From Octopus vulgaris (lineage: Eukaryota): a stretch of 64,000 bases of DNA. Below, one piece after another: positions 54,049 to 64,000 of this stretch; the stretch's first letter is position 1, and each line of letters starts with the position of its first letter. Position numbers and translations under genes: made by a program. The notes beneath the pieces were generated by a model, which saw only the letters and a program-made list of their open reading frames with translations, had not been told where the DNA came from and made no database searches. The stretch covers positions 132,990,001 through 133,054,000 of the forward strand of contig OX597819.1 in the NCBI GenBank assembly GCA_951406725.2, in the 5' to 3' direction.

Positions 54049-55821
54049 TAGTTTAAATTTTATAATTTGATGCATTGTTATATCCAAAGAGTTGTGTATC
54101 GTTTATTCATAAATTTAGTGTACATTTCTAGATTAGTAACTGTGCTACAATCACTGGTCCAACAACGAAAGCAGTTGTGTAAATCGATGTTTTCCGTTTT
54201 CAGATATAAGCCGAAATATTTGCTGTATTCCTCATAACCGGCTCTCGAAATGGAAAGCTGAAACCTGTTGGTTTTTATACCTATGTAAGATCTATTGTAT
54301 GTGTAGGTGTTAACTATACACTTATACAATAAATCATTTATTAGGCAATTTCCATCTAAGAATACGGTCATTCCTTTTAGTACAGTCTCAATTAGCTGCC
54401 ATCAACATGAGTTGTATTATGATTGTCAGTTTAGCTATATTCGAAGATGTAATGTGCTGCACGTGGTTAGGAGTTTTACAGTATTCCTGTTAGAGATATT
54501 ATCATATTTATGCTCTGCCGGGAAATGCTTCTGGGATAAAGCAGATTTTTATCAACAAGTATGCCCACTTCCATATTAAATGGCGTGTTATACCAGATAA
54601 TTTGTATAGAGCCATACTTCTTATTTTTACGTTCATTGTTAATGTAGTATATCTTAAAATTGCTATTAGCCAATACTTCGTTTAATAGGTTTGGTGATTC
54701 TAAAAAATCTGTTTATTTGGTGAGAAGCCAAATCATTTAACGAAATATATTTTTCAATATTTTTTCAGATCGCTCGAATATTTCTTGGTATAATTGGAGG
54801 CTTTGCTATATTTTCCATATAAGTAGCATAATCGATTCAAGCTTGAATTTCACAGTTAAGAAATTCAAGGTAGATATATTAATGCCCGAAATCAATTCTT
54901 GAAACTAGATCAAGCTCTCCCTATAAACAAACAATAGCAATTCCGTGGCTGCGGCTGGTTATTGGTCAGAAGGTCATCACCCTTCATGTGACCTTCTCCT
55001 AAATCAGGGAATTACCTTCAAGTGAAAACTGAATGAATACACACACAAAAAGGAGTATTTACGGATATTTAAATAGAAATAGGGTTATCTTAGGGTGGAT
55101 GTACGAACGCGGATTTTCAGGCCTGTCTTGAAAACATTAATTCCAGTCATAGCTTTAGCAAAGTTAATTAACCTAAGCAATATCGGTAATGTAAGTAACG
55201 TATTCTTATTTATAATAAGATTGAAAAACTAGATTTCGGATAAGAATAAATATTATTCTGCAGGAACGGCACCGAATGCAAAATAAATGAAGACGTTTTA
55301 CATTATTTGAATCCGAAATTCTTCATCAAACATAAAGAAGTGTTGTAGAATATTGAAACAAAAGAATCAAAATTTACGAGTGAGAAATTTTAAATAGTTT
55401 CTTCTGAATGGAATCAGAATTTCTGTATTGTTCCTGCATCATATTTATGGTCAAAGAATATTCTACAGTACGTCCATATATTGGATTGGCGGAAAAGTCC
55501 GTTCGATTTTTGTCGAAAATAAACTTCAAGCACTGTATTGAGTAGCTAACTTCTGTCTGTACCATGCGCATGCACCTCGTTCGATACTTGACACTTTATC
55601 GCTAAATTGGCGCGAGATAGTTCGTATCTCGCATGCTTTGGATCACCAAGAAAATGGAGAACGAAAATAAACATCAACGAAATAAAGTGATTTGCTCAAG
55701 AACACAGCACAGCTCGGTCCGGGAATCGAACTCACTAGCTCATGATTCTGATCCTGACGCCCAAACCATTGAGCCATGCACCTTCACATACATGTCTCTC
55801 TCTCTCTCTCTCTCTCTCTCG

Positions 55822-56533
<712 letters not shown>

Positions 56534-56863
56534 GTACACACACACACATATATATATATACGCATACACATATATGCGTATATATACATACTCAAGCTCC
56601 ATGTACGAATATATATTTACATATATATGTAGATATGAATCTGTACAATAGCTGGAGATATGCAAATATAGAGAATAGGTTCCAGTCACTGGACGGCAGT
56701 CCTACCTCGAACCTCGCCGTCAGACCTGCAGTCGGTTATTACAGTTCCAATACTTTCGTCTGATGGTTATTTTATCGATCTGTATCGATCGAATACTTAA
56801 AATCTCCCACGTCATAAAGAGTTTCACTCGCATGCAATGTTGTTCGATACTGTGATGATAACA

Positions 56864-56895
<32 letters not shown>

Positions 56896-56965
56896 ACGCT
56901 TAAGGTGACACTGATATGAACAATCTCACGTTTACATACAAAGAAAAAGAATGAGTGGGATAGAC

Positions 56966-56996
<31 letters not shown>

Positions 56997-57110
56997 GAGA
57001 GAGAGCGAGAGGGGAGATAGAGAAAGAGAGAGGAGAGAGAGAAAGAGAGGTGAGTGAGAGAGAGGGGTGATATAGAGAAAGCTAGGCAGGTAATTAATTG
57101 TACATATATA

Positions 57111-57330
57111 CGAGGGTGTGCTGAAAGGTTCCTGGCTTTGGGTAAAAAAGCAAAATACAGGAAGATCAATTAATCATGATTTTACTCCCCTTCCAGATTC
57201 ACACAGTCTTTCAGATTTTCGAAGCCCTATTTCAGCAGTCCTTCAGATTTTCTAAACCCTGTAAAGTTTGGGCCTCCAACCAAGCCTTTCGTGACACCCT
57301 GAAAGCCAGGAACTTTTCAGAAACCCCTCT
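57111..57330. mobile_element. Mariner-type MITE with TA target duplication
   Basis: TA|CGAGGGTGTGCTGAAAGGTTCCTGGCTTT ... AAAGCCAGGAACTTTTCAGAAACCCCTCT|TA. Confidence 0.8.
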
Positions 57331-57766
57331 TACAAATTGTTGAATCCATAACATTACGATATAAGTGTATGCGACATAGGATGGCCGTTTTGTTCGGATT
57401 ATTTAGGGATGTTGGTCTAACTTATTGATAGTTTTAGTAACCATTCTCCTGTTTGTATTTCAGAAATCCCCGGAATACAGTAGGGCGAAATCATTTTACA
57501 TGGATACCTGACTTGCTAGAAATAACAACCAAACATCACACTGCCATATTAAAGGAATTATGTCGTCATGAATCTAAGATTTTTGGAAATATGATTGGAT
57601 GATTATGACCGGATGTATTTTGATCGTAACTTTGCAAGAGAAATGGAGGCATCGACAAAAATAACAAAAAACAGTTAAAACAAATAAAACGAACGAAAGA
57701 CAAAGTTCGAAATTTTAAATCTTTTAATATTTGCAAATTTGTGTCAAGTTAAAAATGTTATAATGA

Positions 57767-57767
<1 letters not shown>

Positions 57768-57859
<92 letters not shown>
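57768..57859. repeat. (TTA)n tail/target of the Dong-like LINE
   Basis: Direct reading. Confidence 0.95.
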
Positions 57860-57862
<3 letters not shown>

Positions 57863-59916
57863 TAGTCTTATTTTTATAGCGTGCTTTCACTTCACTACCG
57901 AGCGCAGTTCTGCGTACCTTAGGTATGTGCTATGATTTGTTGTGATGCTCTGATGGTTATTGTATGGAAAGTGTTCTGCATAAGATGTGTGCAGTGCCTA
58001 GTAGTGCAATTTTCTGTATGTTATATCTGTTTGTAAGTCCTGGTGTTTTTGTTATGTATTTGTCTGAATATTTTTTATCATGCCTAATGCACCTACTATG
58101 ATAGGAATTGTTTCTGTTTTTAGATTCCACATTCTGGTTACCTCTATTTCCAGGTCTTTGTATTTTGAGAGTTTCTCCATTTCTTTTAGAGACACGTTGT
58201 CATCTGCCGGTATTGATACATCAATTAGAAAGCATTTTTTTCTTCATGATCTCTGACAACTATATCTGGTCTGTTGGCCTTAATTTCTCTATCTGTGTGT
58301 ATCGGCATATCCCAGAGTATGGTTGCTTTCTCGTTTTCTGTGACCTTTTCTGGTGTGTGCCTATACCATCTTTTTTCTGTTGTTATTCCATAATGTTGGC
58401 ATAGCTTCCAGTGTATGTAGGTTCCAACTCTGTCATGTCTGTGAATATATTCCTTCTTAGCCAGGACTGGGCAGCCAGAGATAATATGATTTATTGTTTC
58501 TTGTCCATCTCCACATATTCTGCAGTTACTTGTTATATTTCTTTTCATTACATGTTTTTGGTAATTTCTGGTGGGGAGGCTTTGGTTTTGTGCTGCAATT
58601 AAAAATCCCTCTGTCTCTGCTTTGAGTCCTGAGCTTCTCAACCATTGCTGGGATTTTTCCTTGTCTATTTCTTTTGCGTTTAGTTTAGTCCAGTATTTAC
58701 CATGAAGGGGCTTTTCTTGCCATCGTTTTATCATGGTTCGTTGCTGTTCTGTTTTTAGTTTGGATTTCATTTGTTTTATAGCTTTTGTTGTTTCTTCTTC
58801 TTCTTCTTCTTCTTCTTCTTCTTCTTCTTCTTCTTCTTCTTCTTCTTCTTCTTCTTCTTCTTCTTCTTCTTCTTCTTCTTCTTCTTCTTCTTCTTCTTCA
58901 TATTTATTAGGTGGTATGATTTCTTGTTTGTATTTGTCAGCTTCCTTAAATACTGAGAACAGTTTTTTGTCTTGCTCGTGTTTTGCCGCTATTTGTATCA
59001 GTTTTCCTTCCTTCTGAAGTAGATATTTTTGCAGTCCTATGGTGGTTATTTTATAGTAGTTTTCCAGCTGTATAAGGCCTCTACCACCTTCTATACGTTG
59101 TATATATAGTCTTTCAATGTCAGATTTTGGGTGGTGCATCCTAGATCCTGTCATTATTTTTCTTATTTTCCTATGTATTTTGGTCAGTTCATTTAGTGTC
59201 CAGTTAAGGATATTGTAGCTGTAACTTATAACTGGGACAGCTAAAGTGTTAATAACTATTATCTTGTTTTTAGCATTGAGCTCTGTTTTTAGTATTGATC
59301 TAACTCGTCTATAATATTCTTTTTTTATGTTCTCTTTCATTTGTGTGTGTTGTGTCTTATCTAGTTCATGGATTCCTAAGTATTTGTAAGTTTGGCTTTG
59401 GTCTAATTCTTTTATTTCATTGGTTTTATCTAGTGTGATGTTGTTACTCTTAACTAGTTTTCCTCTTTTCATGGTTACTTTGGCACATTTTTCTAATCCA
59501 AATTTCATATCTATTTCTTTGGTAAATCCATGAACTGTCTTTAGTGGCTGATCGTTTTGCCGTAACATTTATATCCGCATCCAGTTCTATTTAGCATATC
59601 AGATAGAGGTGACAGTGCCAAGCAGAAAAGGAGTGGAGAGAGCGTGTCTCCCTGGAATATTCTAATGGGGATGGCTTTGGTTTATCATGAGTTCCTCTTT
59701 TGTTTGGAGCTGTAGCACGGTTTGCCATTTATTCATAGAGTGCCCTATGAATTTTATAAGGGTTGGTGCTACTTTGTTAATGGCTAGTGTTTCGAGGATA
59801 CATATGTGGGGGATGCTATCAAACGCTTTTGTGTAGTCGATCCAGGCCATACTGAGGCCTTTCTTCTTTCTCTGGCTGTCTTCAGTTATGGCTTTATTAA
59901 TCATTAGTTGATCTTG
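57860..59916 (-). mobile_element. 5'-truncated R4/Dong-like LINE (RT, CCHC knuckle, RLE) inside a (TAA)n tract
   Basis: AWIDYTKAFDSI, IFQGDTLSPLLF, YKYLGI, HHPKSDIERLY, CRICG..ETINHIISGC, RHD, NRPDIVV; frameshifts; TAA repeats on both sides. Confidence 0.95.
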
Positions 59917-59979
<63 letters not shown>

Positions 59980-60480
59980 GAGTGAGAGAGTAGTGCATGC
60001 CATCAAAGTGACACGGGTAAAATATACGAAACCCAGTATACCCATCATGACTACCCGTCTGATAAGGGTACACCAAGTACATGCATCACAACCATATGTG
60101 CGCGACATGGTGATCTCATATCAACATAAACAGCGCATGACCTTGCAGGTGGGGCCTAGTTAGAATTTTCTCCTGGTCGAGTAACCCATCCCGCACAAAA
60201 GGTCCCTGAATAAGGATTGTTTAAGGATGTTGAACGAATCATCCATGTTTCCAGAGGTGAATTAACCAACCTCTAAGCATTCCTTTCAACACACGGCTAT
60301 GATGTTCCCCAACTACTTCTGCTCATGATCAGAGATGCACATATCGTCAGCCACTAAGGGACATGCTCAACTGGTTATGGTCAAACAACTGACAAGCAAC
60401 TCTGCGGTATTGAGCAGAATATTTGCTGTAGCCCATCTTTTATAGCAAGACAAAACAATGTACATGATAACACTTCCAAT
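59980..60480 (-). mobile_element. Probable non-coding repeat whose minus-strand 3' end runs into (TAA)n
   Basis: More GC-rich block starting abruptly at the TAA tract; no protein motif seen. Confidence 0.4.
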
Positions 60481-61232
60481 CATGATTATATATGTATATT
60501 TATACATACATATGCACGTACCTATATGCAAAATGTAATTATACACACACACACAGACAGACAGACAGACAGACGTACACACACACGCAGGTATGTATGC
60601 GTGTCTATGTGTGAGAGTGCGTGCATATGCTCACAAGTGTGGATATGTTCATTAGTGTATGCGTTACTGTGCTTTAGTGTGTGATAAGTATTCAGACGAC
60701 TTTTATCAATTGAAAGGGATGATGCTTAACTGTAGAAAGATGTAAACGGGACTTGACTGAGCAGACAAACCTATCAGAATCATGTTTCATTCATCACAAC
60801 ACTTGCATCAAGGATTTCTCCTTTGTATCCATGGAAATATGCTCGGGTATATGACATCAGATTGGAATTAATGGTGGTAATTGCACAACCGGATGGAATG
60901 GCGAATAACGTGATACACTTTCTGCGAGATAGATGTAGCATATGTGACCGATTTCTAAATGTTGATTCTCTGCTCAGAATCACTCATGGAAATATTCCTG
61001 TCCCTTTCGCCATCCCTGAAGCTGGATTCAGCTGTTGTGTCGGTACAGGGGACTTTTCAATAACAGTTCGGCAGTTCCGCGTTTTATGTAGAAATATCAG
61101 CAGATAATGTATTTACGAAGACATACCATCAAAACATTTTTATGGTTTTAGTTGTAGAACTGCGGTAATGCTGGAGCATCGCCTTAATTTATGTATATAT
61201 ATAATCTAATGATGAAAAATTCCGTTAGAATT

Positions 61233-61560
61233 TGAATTTGCAAGAATTTGGAGTATGAAAACTGTAAAAGTTGTGTCAGTAATAATTGGTGCATTGGGAA
61301 CTGTGAGTAAAGATAGCTTATATAGAAATGGTTGAAGGAAATAGGAATAGAATATCCTGTAGAGCTTCTAGAGAAAGTTTTCTTAGTAGAGGCAGGAAAG
61401 ATTATCAGGAAGGTTTTAAACGTTTGAAAGACTATTGAAAGCTTGTGGATACCCTAGGTTACGGGCAGTAACCAGCTACCCACATAAATTCTATTTGGAA
61501 TAAGAACGAACCTGAGTCAAATCAATAATAATAATAAAAAACGATGATAATAATAATAAC
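61233..61560 (+). mobile_element. R4/Dong-like LINE extreme 3' end with TAA tail
   Basis: EFARIWSMKTVKVVSVIIGALGTV..LLEKVFL..KIIRKVL* then UTR and degenerate (TAA)n. Confidence 0.75.
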
Positions 61561-62050
61561 TGTAATTGCTTCGAGTATGAGTAGCATTATATTACTGCTA
61601 TTAATACGACTCTATCCTTAAAGTCAATAATGGTGGTAAATATATTTATTGTACATGAAATCATTGAAAATGTTAATGAAATATATTTAAAATATAACAA
61701 AATATATTTAATTTTCGATAATATTCAATTCAAAGCGTATTGCATTTCCAGACGTTTACGTACGGCAATAGATTTGCATTGAATGATAGGAGTGTGCCAT
61801 AATTACTTTGAAATGTTTACATTGAAAATTTTATTAAGAACACAGAAATGGAAATTACAAGAAGAGAAAAAAAAAGGCATGTTAGCTTCCGCAGTTAATG
61901 AGACGGAGACAAATGTATAGCGAGCGAGGTTGCTTGATAAGTGAAATAGAAAGCTAGGAAGATAGACAGGTATATTTAGAGATCGCTGGGATGATAGGAA
62001 GGAATGGAGGAAGAGATATTGACATGAGTTCAGTGAACAAATATATGCGA

Positions 62051-62090
<40 letters not shown>

Positions 62091-62639
62091 ATATATATAG
62101 CTATATTACTATATACATACGTACATATATACGGGCATATATATAGCTTATCAATACATCTATTTCTCTTCCTCTCTCTGTCTCATATATATATGCACGA
62201 GTATGTGTATTCACATAAGAGTGTTTGGAGGCATTCTGTGTGAGGGGTGTATATAGAAAAATTGATATAAGGAGAGGGAGAGTGAAAGGGGGGGGGGGGG
62301 GTAGAATGTGCTGGAAACAGAACAGCGTAACTAATTCATTTTGTATGAATCATTTTGCTAATCATACAAATGTTCTAAGTCTGTATTAAAGTAAACAAAG
62401 TGACGGTTAAAACCTCCCATATTTTCTGCAACCATTGTTGTGGCGTCTGTGAAATTAGGCAGACGGTCACAGGATCTTCCTGTAGCTGATCGGTTTTGTT
62501 TTCTTTTAGAGTTTGGACAGATGCACAACCTATCGTTACCGGTGAAATATTTGTCAAACGGTAAAGCACGACATTTTTCTGCTTTTCCTTGTACATTGCA
62601 AAATACGTATTATATGTGTGTGCATATATGCATATGAGC

Positions 62640-62670
<31 letters not shown>

Positions 62671-63781
62671 CTTATTCGCTATTTATATATAAGTGATATC
62701 AGTTCAAAGCAGCAGTCTGTATATCCGACTTAACGTAGAAAGCCAGAAAACAGCGGTGCTTGTAACGAAAAAGCATTTGCTAAAAGATACTGGAGAATAT
62801 CAGTGGCAGTGGGAAAAGTGCCGAGCAGCGGCAGCGGAGATGTTAAATCTAGATTTCTGCATCTTTGTGCATCATCAGTAGTAAACGTCCATTAGCGCAT
62901 GTTTTGACAAAGCTAACCTCTTCTAATATAGAGAAACAGTGATTAGCAAATCACTGGTTTTGAAAATACCTGGCAGGCTGGATGAAAATTTGTTGTTGGT
63001 GATGAAAGCAATTTTGGCTGAGAACGGTTTTCTTTATATCCGACTTAATGTGTACAGAAAGCTAGAAAACTGCGGTATTTGTTTTGCCATAATACTACGT
63101 CCGTCACTAAAATCGACTTTTTACACCGACAGCCGCTTATTTTGTAACACCAGTGATTTGTCAATCACTATTTTCTGTATCAGCAAAAACTAAATTTGTT
63201 TAATACGCTTAGAAAGTCTCCTACCTTGCACAAAATATAAAAATAGTCATTGGAAATTATTACAAATGGTATTATTAATGATATTTTAAGTGCTGTAATT
63301 TTTCTAGTGCACATACACAAACACACTCATACATACACGCGCGAACACACACACACACACACACATACACACACAGTCATGAATATAGAGACTTTAGTAA
63401 CATCGAGTCATATTTCGATTTGTGGAAATATTACTGAACGTGTTTAAAGCTTACTCCTCCCATTATCCAATAATTTACACTTGTCTGAGGTGGTGGTGAT
63501 GAGGGGGGAGGTGGCTTCTGCTGGTCAGCTCCCGCTAGAGTTCCTTATAACGGTTCTTCCAAAAGTAATTGCTATCCGCCCCGTTCACCTGGTGTATGCG
63601 CAGCTTTCATAAACTAAAAACTACCAGCAAAAGATCGGTTGACTAAGGCATAAAAGCACCTCCCCATGGTGCTGTGGCGCGGAGTTGAACCTAAAATTCC
63701 GTCGTTGCAAATGCATGATATGAAGAACTTGGTGCTGCCTATGTATTTTTCTATATGTGTTTGCGTGTGAGTTTGCGTGCG

Positions 63782-63829
<48 letters not shown>

Positions 63830-63831
<2 letters not shown>

Positions 63832-64000
63832 CTTTTACTCTTTTACTTGTTTCAGTTATTGGACTGTGGCCATGCTGGAGCACAAACTTTAGTCGAGAAA
63901 ATCGACCCCAGAAATTATTCATTGTAAGCCCAGTACTTATTCTGTCGGTCTCTTTTGCCGAACCGCTAAGTTACGAGGACGTAAACAAACCAGCATCGGT
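63830..64000 (-). mobile_element. SINE 3' part (continues beyond the window)
   Basis: GTTTCAGTTATTGGACTGTGGCCATGCTGGAGCAC tail. Confidence 0.75.

Overview
AT-rich, repeat-saturated animal genomic DNA with dense (TA)n/(CA)n/(TAA)n/(GAA)n microsatellites. The SINE/LINE families resemble those of octopod cephalopods (inference from recall, not a search). I find no convincing host protein-coding exon; almost all ORFs in the track are microsatellite read-throughs or transposon fragments. Recognisable elements: R4/Dong-like restriction-endonuclease LINE pieces, several sitting in (TAA)n; APE-type (CR1/L2-like) and RTE LINE fragments; decayed mariner/Tc1 transposons and a MITE; Helitron-like non-autonomous ends; many tRNA-headed SINEs. 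The main signal is a set of largely unrelated non-coding elements inserted in (TA)n tracts. They carry type I hammerhead ribozyme (HHR) motifs with a short, usually palindromic helix III, and occur as head-to-tail arrays (404 bp x5; 364/365 bp x3) and/or with an inverted 5' arm, i.e. retrozyme / Penelope-like architecture. One family has a compensatory U3-A8 catalytic core, and one copy shows sequence evidence of a circular or multimeric template. One insertion with the same architecture carries a U6 snRNA copy instead of a hammerhead. All RNA folds were done by eye, and boundaries of decayed elements are approximate.
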